NCBI RefSeq assembly: GCF_039654945.1
Contig: NW_027361688.1
Span: forward strand, 2,852,001 to 2,916,000
Length of the DNA: 64,000 nt
DNA from: Dendrobates tinctorius
Lineage: Eukaryota
Direction of reading: 5' to 3'
Shown here: positions 1 through 12,900 of the stretch, piece by piece
Layout of the letters: each line of letters opens with the position of its first letter
How positions within the stretch are numbered: the first letter of the stretch is position 1
Position numbers and translations under genes: made by a program
The notes under the pieces: generated by a model
What the model saw: the letters and a program-made list of their open reading frames with translations, nothing else
Database searches by the model: none
What the model was told of the DNA's origin: nothing

Positions 1-409
1 CGTTCAGCATGAAACTCAGGCGCAGAGCTGGGATTCGGGTGTAACTGACCCTGGGTCAGGTTTATTAACGGTGAAAGCAATGCAAAAGGAAATAAAACAT
101 AAAACAAATCCTTGCCTGTCCGGCACTAACTAAACAAAGTACAACCTAACTACCAACTGGCGGGCTTCTCCCGTCCAGCCAAACCACAGTTGCAGTGGGC
201 ACTGCTCTCACTCACGTGTGTCTCACACACAGACAGGCTCTCTGTGTTCCCAGGCTGAGACACTCACACAACCACCTTGCATCCTTTTATATCCACCTCC
301 CATTATTCATTAGCAAGCAGGTGCGATACTGACCAGACTAGGCCACATAGGAAAGGAATCTGGGCGAGATATACCTGCCCTCATCCACTATTCCCACATG
401 ATTCTCACA
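1..409 (-). mobile_element. Partial LTR (runs off the window edge)
   Basis: Minus strand starts TGTGAGAATC at 409, with a TATAAAA-like box near 284-290 and AATAAA at 61-66. It truncates the left arm of the adjacent palindromic MITE. Confidence 0.5.
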
Positions 410-858
410 GGGGCTATGCGCTTATTGGTAGGTAGTTGCTAACTATCTTCCTGTGCTGCCATGCGCCAATCTCTCCAAGCTCAGAACAGTCATGGACCAC
501 GCTTACCGGCAACTCTCTTGCTTCCTGTGATGTCATAGTTCCTTCTCTTCATCGATGCTCTATCGAAGGAGCATACGATTAACGTCATGTCGATTGGCAG
601 CCAGCTCAGCCTAACCCAGCATGGTGTTGGCTGTCAGTCAACAAGACATCAGGAGTGATGACCTGTCAACAGAGCAGAGAGGAAGAGAATGAACTACTCT
701 GTTGAAATGACATCACAGGAAGCAGGAAAATCAATGGCATGAGAGGTCCATAACCACTCTGAGCTGGTAGAGTTTGCCACAGGACAGTCAGGTAGTCAGT
801 AACAATCCGACTATAAGCGCTTATACCGATAGGGAAACAAAAGTCCCAGATAACCTCT
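410..858. mobile_element. Palindromic TTAA-type (Kolobok/T2-like) MITE, left end interrupted
   Basis: Inverted arms (CTTCCTGTGATGTCAT ~520-536 vs ATGACATCACAGGAAG ~707-722). Right end GATAACCTCT|TTAA. Confidence 0.55.
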
Positions 859-994
859 TTAAATTTGAGTGCAGTAAGATTTGCTTATTAAACATGGAAC
901 ATGGCACCCCAGGTTCTCCCTTTGTATGGAGAAGAAGGATTCGGAGTAGTTGCAGTTGAAGGTTCGGTTTGTCCAGTTCCAAGAGAGTTCTTAC

Positions 995-3900
995 AAGTTT
1001 GCATCTCGAGTAGAGCCCAGCACCCCGTATGCCACCAGGACTATGTCGTGGGATTTGCAGAATTCCAGCATCTTGGCCTGATTATTGTAGATATGACATT
1101 CCACCTGGAGATGTACAACATGTCTAATGTAAGGACCAAAGACAGATTCCAATGGTAATTTGTAAGGAAATGAAACGAGGAGTATCGTCTGGTTTGGTTG
1201 AAGCCAATACAACTTTTCCTACTCTGCTTGCTATGCTTGAACCCAAAATTCTGGCTTAGTATTGAGGCCACTCCTATGAGACATAAAGGTCGGTGGCTCA
1301 CTAGTAAACCTCCCGGTCTACAAACGCTAAATCACAACTACACAAATAAATTTGGCTGAAGGACAATTCAGTATCAAGCACCTTCTCCTACCCCTTGTTC
1401 AAAACCTACAGTCTATAGACTAAGCTTATGATCTCGACCATGCGTGCACCAGCAGTGGGGTGAGGACGGTGATGTTCCTAGCTCTGGTAGACTCAAAAAT
1501 GTCTGCCCAGGGAACACTCCTTAAAGAGATTTTTGCAATGGGATCAACCCTCCTAAGCTGTGTATATAGGCATGTAGGTCATAGGAAGTGGAATAAAATG
1601 ATACCTTGATATCTATGATCCGACGGCTTATTCGAAATAAATCCATGTTATTCTTAATATGTAGATAAGCTTTTTAGATATATGGGTGGGGCATAGATCT
1701 CCCTAGGAATTTGCCTCTAAACCTTATTTTAAATTAAGGGGGCATTACCAGTGTGAGACATGTAATGACTGACAGTCTGCTCTCATGATCCGCATGTCTC
1801 ACACTGGTAACACCGCCTTTCATTTAAAATAAGCTCTTGAGGTGGAGATGTAGGGAGATCTTTGTCCGGCCCAGAGATCTAAACTGCTCACAGGGCCAGC
1901 GTTAGGGGCAGGCAGACCAGGCAGCTGCCTAGGCCCCCGCTCCTCCAGGGGCCCCCAGCCAGCGGCACATCACACAGCCGCTATGGGGCCCCTGTGAGGC
2001 AGGGGGGCCCACCTGCCCCCAGCACCGACTCCCGCCGCCGTCGCCGCATTGAAGGAGGCAGTGATAGAGGAGAGAGCACCAGCTGACGCTCCCTCTCCCA
2101 TCTTTCCCCGCTCTACCTCTGACACAGCGGGGGCGCGATGACATCATCATGTTCTCACTGTGTGCCAGACAGAGCAGGAAGAGACAGGAGCAGCCAGCAG
2201 CGCAGGTGTGGCGCCCCTGAGGCTTCAGTCACCACAGAGGTACTGCACCTCCTCCTGAGGTGTGGTGCCCCACCATCCAGGTAAGGTGGGAACTCCTAAC
2301 CAGGCTCCAACACCTGCACCCCTCACCACAAAGTAGTGTAGCAAAGCCACATTGCGGCTCCTTGCTTAGAGAGTAGCAGAGCACCTTTGGTGGTTCCCTG
2401 CTTGGAAACACGAAACGTGCTGGGAGGTGGGTGGAGTTTAGAATACATAAAAGAGTGGGAAGGTATAGGATTTCAGGTCAGTCAGTCGGAGAGAGTCACT
2501 CAGAGAGGAGTGAGGAGAGAGGATCCCTGGAAGAGGGATGGAGGAAGGAGTGCCGCAGCTGCCTCAGTGATCTGAGCCAGCTGGCATGGGAAAGGAAAGA
2601 AGGAGAAAGACATTGGACTGAAAACTGATCTTCTATGAGAGAGAGGGATTAGTACAGAATGAAGGAGTAAGAGGGAACAGAGAGGACGTGGGTTAGAGGA
2701 GAACCCTGCCTAGAAGTTCTAAGCGCAAGGCCGGGGCCCGGTCCCCGAGGTTGTATGGACACTAATGGTTCTGCAGCAGACACCGGTAGAGTAGTGGGCT
2801 GTAAATGCACTACTCCCATCTAAGACTTGGGGGCACAACAGCAACATTGATAGTGAGCCGGGACTCAGGAGTAAGGAGTCCCCGAAGCAGGCTACAGCTG
2901 TCTGCCGTACAAGTAGAGTTCTTGGGAACATTTGTCAGGAGGCACTCCAGTGTAACTCAGTACTAGGAGTACTTCACTTAAAGGCGCTATAGAGGAGACG
3001 TTCTGAAAGGTACATGTTGGCGGAGTGTTGGAAGGGAGCATCCTATCTTGCCTGGAGGTTGACTGAGCCCAGGACCCGGAGGACTCGGCACGGAGGCAGG
3101 CATCTGTGTGAACTGCAGACTGTGAGTAAAGCTTTGGAACTACATGCCCTGGTGTCCTCCACTTATTCCCGCACCACTACACCCCACACTACTACATCTG
3201 TGCTCCAGCCTCTACACCGCCTGTGCCTCTCCTCCTTTGCTACATCTACACTGCCCTGGGACTACAGCTCCACCTGTGGGGAGCTTCACCATCTTGGCTG
3301 CAACCCACCACCGGTCCCAGAGGATCTCCATGCAGCGTCAGCCTAACACCTCACTTGCCGAACACCACAGGTGGCGTCACGAACTATTCTTAAACTTTAT
3401 TTCATTGTTCATTCATCCCCTTTTTGCCGGCCACGGACCGGGTCACAGCTTCCGTGACAACTCCCATTGAGATCAACGGGCCCGGTACCGAGTACCCCGC
3501 TAGGCCCTGGTGGGGTGCTCCATTCCGGCGTCACGAACAGGATGACGAGACCCGATGCCATCGGGTTCTGTGTGCCTAAGATTTGTTGGACTTAAAACTT
3601 TTGAGAATGTACAGAAGACCCAATTTGATAGACTGTGAAATGAATACTGAAAATGGCCGACAGCCTGGAGAAGAAGGGCGTGATCATATGGGTGGTCCTA
3701 AAAAAAGAGCGTGGACTGTCCTGGCCCTCCCCTGTCTAAACTTCTATGCGACAGCAACATGGCCCACCCCCCGAGGGGTTCGTATACTGGCTTGGTATTG
3801 AGGCGCTGGAAGAAGACGCCGCCCCCGGAAGGAGGAGCGGAAGCCAGCGGCGGGAAAGGCACCGAGACAGGAAGAAGGAGAACGCCAGAACGCCATGATG

Positions 3901-6900
3901 GAAGGAGAAAAGAAGTCAGAAGAACGGGGGGAGGGGAAGCCACTCGCCCCCCGGCCGCCCCTGCGGAGGACACGACCGCTGATACACCCTCTGCAGCGCC
4001 CGCCACCACCTTACAACAGATATTGCCATTGGATGAGCCCTGCCCGGAGGAGGTATATGAGGGTTCCGGAGCAGATTGGAGGGCCAGGACCGCGTCCTCG
4101 TCTGGACCGGGCGCGGTTGCACAGGCCTCCACCGCCGGCCCCGGCAGAAACCGGCCTTGCCCCTGTCCAAATCCAGCTGTGATCTACCCCGTCGGCAACT
4201 CCGGGAGTTGCGGCTGCCGCCGTCCACTACCAAGCACCGGGACCGGAACCTCAGCCGGGAGCGCAAGGTATGATTACTGCTCCAGACATGACCCTGGTGT
4301 TAGGAGCGGAACCAACGAATAGGAAAGGCCCAATTGGCCTCCGCTGGCAGCCCCAGACTGCAGTGATGCTAGCTGAGGTCCCGATGGACACCGAAGAATC
4401 GGATTCTGAGGGACCATTGACAGCGCCAGCTGAGTCCCCGACAGCAGCAGAAGTGCCATCGGTGGTAGCGGATATGCCGTCTCCGCAGGCAGTTGACGTT
4501 TCCATGGCCCTTTCCACTACCCCGATCAGTCCCTATCTCACCCTTTGGGAGGCAGAGTACATGCGTATGGCAAGCAACCAGCAACAAGATGAAGACACCC
4601 AGAGCATTTAATCTGGTAGCAGTTCCCAATCATCAGCTTCCAGAACCCCAGGAGGTGACAAAAACAATTAGTTAAGATGCTACTTTAAAGTAAATGTCGT
4701 TACCCAGGAGGGTATTTGCACAGTTGTGCCATTGTTTTCTATTTTTTGCACCAGTTTCCTATTTTTGGTTATCATGTCCTAGTTTATTCTCCCAGAGTTG
4801 CCCAGTTTTGTTGGCAGCCTTTACACTTGAACTGTGGAGATCATGACCACTGAATGGTCCAGAACTGTTAATGTATATAGTTTGCACCTCTTTAGGTGCG
4901 CTCTCTTGGTTTTACGTAGGACTCTCTTTTTGAAAGATCTATCTCGACATAGGGACATTTCCAGACGCGATGGCCGGACCAGTGTCTATCTTTGCACTTG
5001 ATAATAATGCTTAATGTTATTCTCTGAATAAGAAGCTAGAACGTAATAGTGTATAATGAAAGTATTAATGACAGATTTTAGAGAAGCATATTGAGAAACA
5101 AACATAGTGAATGTTTTACAGAGTTTTTGAATAAAGATGTTGAGAATGTGAATGCAGAATTGAAAATTACAGGTGACGAACCAGGTATCTACGGTTATCA
5201 TCCTAAGTCTAGAAGAGACAGTGAAAAGTAGAAAATGTGAAAGATAATGGAAAGAGATGTGTTGCTAGAAAATGTGAATTGTTATTGATATTGCTCCTGT
5301 AGCACTTTACATTAGGTAGAATAATTTAAAACATTTAGATAGTTAATTTGTTTGTAACGTTCAAGAAACCGTGCCTCCTATATTAGGAAGCTTAGTATAA
5401 GAAATGTTTATTCAGCATTACCAAAATTTTGTATGTTCCTATATTGTTAACTCTGTTTGACTTGCAGGCCACGGACGTGCTGTGTTTAACAGGGGGGGAA
5501 TGTGGCGCCCCTGAGGCTTCAGTCGCCACAGAGGTACTGCACCTCCTCCTGAGGTGTGGTGCCCCACCATCCAGGTAAGGTTGGAACTCCTAACCAGGCT
5601 CCAACACCTGCACCCCTCACCACAAAGTAGTGTAGCAAAGCCACATTGCGGCTCCTTGCTTAGAGAGTAGCAGAGCACCTTTGGTAGTTCCCTGCTTGGA
5701 AACACGAAACGTGCTGGGAGGTGGGTGGAGTTTAGAATACATAAAAGAGTGGGAAGGTATAGGATTTCAGGTCAGTCAGTCGGAGAGAGTCACTCAGAGA
5801 GGAGTGAGGAGAGAGGATCCCTGGAAGAGGGATGGAGGAAGGAGTGCTGCAGCTGCCTCAGTGATCTGAGCCAGCTGGCACGGGAAAGGAAAGAAGGAGA
5901 AAGACATTGGACTGAAACCTGATCTCTCTTCTGAGAGAGAGGGTTAAGTACGGAATGAAGGAGTAAGAGGGAACAGAGAGGACGTGGGTTAGAGGAGAAC
6001 CCTGCCTAGAAGTTCTAAGCGCAAGGTCGGGGCCCGGTCCCCGAGGTTGTATGGACACTAATGGTTCTGCAGCAGACACCGGTGGAGTAGTGGGCTGTAA
6101 ATGCACTACTCCCATCTAAGACTTGGGGGCACAACAGCAACATTGATAGTGAGCCGGGACTCAGGAGTAAGGAGTCCCCGAAGCAGGCTACAGCTGTCTG
6201 CCGTACAAGTAGAGTTCTTGGGAACATCTGTCAGGAGGCACTCCAGTGTAACTCAGTACTAGGAGTACTTCACTTAAAGGCGCTATAGAGGAGACGTTCT
6301 GAAAGGTACATGTTGGCGGAGTGTTGGAAGGGAGCATCCTATCTTGCCTGGAGGTTGACTGAGCCCAGGACCCGGAGGACACAGCATGGAGGCAGGCATC
6401 TGTGTGAACTGCAGACTGTGAGTAAAGCTTTGGAACTACATGCCCTGGTGTCCTCCACTTATTCCCGCACCACTACACCCCGCACTACTACATTTGGGCA
6501 CCAGCCTCTACACCGCCTGTGCCTCTCCTCCTTTGCTACATCTACAGTGCCCTGGGACTACAGCTCCACCTGTGGGGAGCTTCACCATCTTGGCTGCAAC
6601 CCACCACCAGTCCCAGAAGATCTGCATGCAGCATCAGCCCAACACCTCACTTGCCAAACACCACAGGTGGTGTCACGAACTATTCATAAACTTTATTTCA
6701 TTGTTCATTCACCCCCTTTTTGCCATGTAGCCCCAGGGCCACGGACCGGGTCACAGCTTCCGTGACAACTCCCATTGAGATCAACGGCCCGGTACCGAGT
6801 ACCCCGCTAGGCCCTGGTGGGGAGCTCCACAGGCACGAGGAGAAGGTGAGGATTTTTTTTTAAAATCAGTGTGAGTACTGGACTGTGGGGCCACTCTGGG

Positions 6901-9900
6901 GGGGCTATATACCATGCGGCTGTATTATACCATGCTGGGGGGCTATATACCATGCTTGGGGGGGCTATATACCATGCTGGGCTGTATTACACCATTCTGG
7001 GGAGGCTATATACCATGCTGGGCCGTATTATACCATGCTGGGGGGCTATATACCATGCTGGGCTGTATTACACCATTCTGGGGGGCTATATACCATGCTG
7101 GGCCGTATTATACCATGCTGGGGGGCTATATACCATGCTGGGCTGTATTACACCATTCTGGGGGGTTATATACCGTGTTCGGCTGCATCATACCATGCTG
7201 GGGGGGCTATATACCATGCTGGTCTCTATTATAACATTCTGGGGGGGCTATATACCATGCTGGGGGGCTATATGCAATGCTGGGCTGTATTATACCATTC
7301 TGGGGCACTATATACCATGCTGGGCTGTACTATACCATTCTGGGGGGGGGCTAAATACCATGCTGGGCTGTATTCTACCATGCTGGGCTGTATTACACCA
7401 TGCTGGGGGGCTATATACCATGCTGGGCCGTATTATACCATACTGGGCTGTATTATACCATGCTTGGGGGGGCTATATACCATGCTGGGCTGTATTATAC
7501 AATGCTGGGCTGTATTATTCCATTCTGGGGGGGCTATATACCATGCTGGGCTGTATTACACCATTCTGGGGGGCTATATACTGTGTTCGGCTGCATCATA
7601 CCATGCTGGGGGGGCTATATACCATGCTGGGTTGTATTATACCATGCTGGGGGGCTATATACCATGCTGGACTGTATTATACCATACTGGGCTGTATTAT
7701 TCCATGCTGGGGGGCTATATACCATGCTGGGCTGTATTATACCATGCTGGGCTGTATTACACCATTCTGGGGGGGGCTATATACCATGCTGGGCTGTATT
7801 ATACCATACTGTGCTGCATTATTCCATTCTGGGGGGCTATATAGCATGCTGGGCTGTATTATACCATGCTGGGCTGTATGATTCCATTCTGGGGGGCTAT
7901 ATACCATGCTGGGCTGTATTACACCATTCTGGGGGGCTATATACTGTGTTCGGCTGCATCATACCATGCTGGGGGGCTATATACCATGCTGGGCTCTATT
8001 ATACCATTCTGGGGGGGCTATATACCATGCTGGGGGGCTATATGCAATGCTGGGCTGTATTATACCATTCTGGGGCACTATATACCATGCTGGGCTGTAC
8101 TATACCATTCTGGTGGGGCTAAATACCATGCTGGGCTGTATTCTACCATGCTGGGCTGTATTACACCATGCTGGGCTGTATTATTCCATGCTGGGGGGCT
8201 ATATACCATGCTGGGCTGTATTATACCATGCTGGGCTGTATTACACCATTCTGGGGGGGGCTATATACCATGCTGGACTGTATTATACCATACTGGGCTG
8301 TATTATTCCATGCTGGGGGCTATATACCATGCTGGGCTGTATTATACCATGCTGGGCTGTATTACACCATTCTGGGGGGGGGGGCTATATACCATGCTGG
8401 GCTGTATTATACCATACTGTGCTGCAGTATTCCATTCTGGGGGGCTATATACCATGCTGGGCTGTATTATACTATGCTGGGCTGTATTATTCCATTCTGG
8501 GGGGCTATGTACCATGCTGGGCTGTATTACACCATTCTGGGGGGCTATATACTGTGTTCGGCTGCATCATACCATGCTGGGCGGGCAATATACCATGCTG
8601 GGCTCTATTATAACATTCTGGGGGGGCTATATACCATGCTGGGGGGCTATATGCAATGCTGGGCTGTATTATACCATTCTGGGGCACTATATACCATGCT
8701 GGGCTGTACTATACCATTCTGGGGGGGGCTAAATACCATGCTGGGCTGTATTCTACCATGCTGGGCCGTATTATACCATGCTGGGCTGTATTATTCCATG
8801 CTGGGGGGGGCTATATACCATGCTGGGTTGTATTATACCATGCTGGGCTGTATTACACTATTCTGGGGGGGCTATATACCATGCTGGGCTGTATTACACC
8901 ATTCTGGGGGGGCTATATACCATGCTGGGCTGTATTATTCCATGCTGGGGGGGCTATATACCATGCTGGGTTGTATTATACCATGCTGGGGGGCTATATA
9001 CCATGCTGGACTGTATTATACCATACTGGGCTGTATTATTCCATGCTGGGGGGCTATATACCATGCTGGGCTGTATTATACCATGCTGGGCTGTATTACA
9101 CCATTCTGGGGGGGGCTATATACCATGCTGGGCTGTATTATACCATACTGTGCTGCATTATTCCATTCTGGGGGGCTATATATATCATGCTGGGCTGTAT
9201 TATTCCATTCTGGGGGGCTATATACCATGCTGGGCTGTATTACACCATTCTGGGGGGCTATATACTGTGTTCGGCTGCATCATACCATGCTGGGGGGCTA
9301 TATACCATGCTGGGCTCTATTATACCATTCTGGGGGGGCTATATACCATGCTGGAGGGCTATATGCAATGCTGGGCTGTATTATACCATTCTGGGGCACT
9401 ATATACCATGCTGGGCTGTACTATACCATTCTGGGGGGGCTAAATACCATGCTGGGCTGTATTCTACCATGCTGGGCCGTATTATACCATGCTGGGCTGT
9501 ATTATTCCATGCTGGGGGGGCTATATACCATGCTGGGTTGTATTATACCATGCTGGGCTGTATTACACCATTCTGGGGGGGCTATATACCATGCTGGGCT
9601 GTATTATTCCATGCTGGGGGGGCTATATACCATGCTGGGTTGTATTATACCATGCTGGGGGGCTATATACCATGCTGGACTGTATTATACCATACTGGGC
9701 TGTATTATTCCATGCTGGGGAGCTATATACCATGCTGGGCTGTATTATACCATGCTGGGCTGTATTACACCATTCTGGGGGGGCTATATACCATGCTGGG
9801 CTGTATTATACCATACTGTGCTGCATTATTCCATTCTGGGGGGCTATATACCATGCTGGGCTGTATTATACCATGCTGGGCTGTATTATTCCATTCTGGG

Positions 9901-12900
9901 GGGGCTATATACCATGCTGGGCTGTATTATACCATGCTGGGCCGTATTATACCATTCTGGGGGGCTATATACCATGCTGGACTGTATTATACCATACTGG
10001 GCTGTATTATTCCATTCTGGGGGGGCTATATACCATGCTGGGCTGTATTATACCATGCTGGGCTGTATTATTCCATTCTGGGGGGCTATATACCATGCCG
10101 GGCTGTATTATACCATGCTGGGCTTTATTATACCATGCTGGGGGTGCTATATACCATGCTGGGCTGTATTATACCATACTGGGCTGTATTATTCCATTCT
10201 TGGGGGCTATATACCATGCTGGGCTGTATTATACCATGCTGGGCTGTATTATACCATTCTGGGGGGCTATATACCATGCTGGACTGTATTAGACCATGCT
10301 GGGCTGTATTATACCAGTCTGGGGGGCTATATACCATGCTGGGCTGTATTATACCATGCTGGGCTGTATTCTACCATGCTGGGCTGTATTATACCATTCT
10401 GGTGGGGCTATATACCATGCTGGGATGTATTTTACCATTCTGGGGGGCTATATACCATGCTGGGCTGTATTAGACCATGCAGGGCTGTATTAGACCATTC
10501 TGGGGGGCTTTATACCATGCTGGGCTGTGTTCTACCATGCTGGGCTGTATTATACCATGCTGGGCTGTATTATACCAGTCTGGGGGGGCTATATACCATG
10601 CTGGGCTGTATTATACCATGCTGGGCTGTATTACACCATGCTGGGGGGCTATATACCATGCTGGGCCGTATTATACCATACTGGGCTGTATTATACCATG
10701 CTGGGCTGTATTATTCCATTCTGGGGGTCTATATACCATGCTGGATTGTATTATACCATGCTGGGCTGTATTATACCATGCTGGGGGGGCTATATACCAT
10801 GCTGGGCTGTATTATACCATACTGGGCTGTATTACACCATTCTGGGGGGCTATATACCATGCTGGGCTGTATTATACCATACTGGGCTCTATTATACCAT
10901 TCTGGGGGGGGCTATATACCATGCTGGGCTGTATTATACCATACTGGGCTGTATTATTCCATTCTGAGGGGGCTATATACCATGCTGGGCTGTATTATAC
11001 CATGCTGGGCTGTATTATACCATGGTGGGCTGTATTATACCATACTGGGCTGTATTATTCCATTCTGGGGGGGCTATATACCATGCTGGGCTGTATTATA
11101 CCATGCTGGGCTGTATTATACCATTCTGGGGGGGCTATATACCATGCTGGGATGTATTATACCATTCTGGGGGGCTATATACCATGCTGGGCTGTATTAG
11201 ACCATGCTGGGCTGTATTATACCATTCTGGGGGGCTTTATACCATGCTAGGTTGTATTATACCATGCTGGGCTATATTACACAGCCCACCATGGTATACA
11301 GCCCAGCATGGTATACAGCCTGTATACAATGGTGGGCTGTATTATACCATGGTGGGCTGTATTATACCATTCTGGGGGTGCTATATACCATGCTGGGATG
11401 TATTATACCATTCCGGGGCGCTATATACCATGCTGGGCTGTATTAGACCATGCTGGGCTGTATTATACCTTTCTGGGGGGCTATATACCTTGCTAGGTTG
11501 TATTATACCATGCTGGGCTGTATTCTACCATGCTGGGCTAGTATATAGCCCAGAACCACATGGTATATACCCCAGCACCACATGGCATACAGCCCAGCCC
11601 ACCATGGTATACAGCCCAGCCCACAGTGGTATACTGTCCAGCCCACCATGGTATGCAGCCCAGCATGGTATACAGCCTGTATACAATGGTGGGCTGTATT
11701 ATACCACGGTGGGCTGTATTATACCATGGTGGGCTATATACCATGCTGTGCTGTATACCATGGTGGGCTGGACAGTATACCATTGTGGGCTGGGCTGTAT
11801 ACCATGTGGTGCTGGGGTTTATACCATGTGTTGCTGGGCTATATACCATGTGGTGCTGGGCTATATACTATGCGGCTGTGTTATATACCATGGGGGGGTA
11901 CATTTTACATTATATTCTATAGGGGGAGGCTGTGTTATATAATATGGGGGGCTACATTATATTCTATGGGGAGGTGGGCTGTATTACATTCTATTTGGGG
12001 CTACATTATATTCTATGGGGGGCTGTATTATATTTATTGTATTCAATGGGATCTGCACTATACTATATGAGGAGGGCTACATTGTATTCCATGGAGGGGC
12101 TACATTATACTATATAAGGGGCAGTATTATATCTTATGAGGGGGTTGCCATATATTTTATGAAGGGGCTGCATTATACTATATGGGGGGTGGGGCTGCAT
12201 TATATTCTATGGGGGGTTACATTATATTCTGTGGAGTGGCTGCATTATACTCTGGTAGCTGCATTATTTTCTAAGGGGTGGCTGCATTATATTATATGGG
12301 GGTTACATTATATTGTATGGCAGGGCTGCATTATACTCTGTGGGGTGGATGCATTATGCTCTATTGGGTGGCTGCATTATACTATATGTGGGCTGCATTA
12401 TACTGTATCGAGGACTATGGGGAATAAATTATATGAAGAACTATGGGGTGCATTATGCTATGGGAAGTGAATTGTACTACATGGGTGACTATGGTGGTGC
12501 ATTATACTATATGGTGAACTATGAGGAGTGTATTATACTATATGTAGGACTGAGGAGTGTATTATATGGAGGACTATGGGGCAGATTATATTACATGGAG
12601 GACTATGGGGTGTAAACTGTAGATGTGCTGCTGATAACATGATACTGTATGGTGATCTGTTAGGGTGTGTGCGCTCGTTGCAGATTAGTCTGCATCTTTT
12701 TCTGCAGAGAATCTATATCTCTTGGCAGAAACCGCAGGGTAAAACACATGCATTTTTCCTGCGGATTCCTAGCATGTGCACAGTGGATTTGATGAAGGTT
12801 CTAGTGCGGTTTGGCAGTGAGGATGAGAGAGAGAGATTGATTTGTATGTCCTGGAACGTACACTGCAGCTGCGGTTCCGCAAAAAAGAAGTAACATGCCG

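Noticed and set aside
6871-12615. Very long ORFs (up to 1010 aa) rich in [20 protein letters not shown]
   Set aside because: They are translations of a stop-poor 20-bp minisatellite, open in all three frames, inside an intron.
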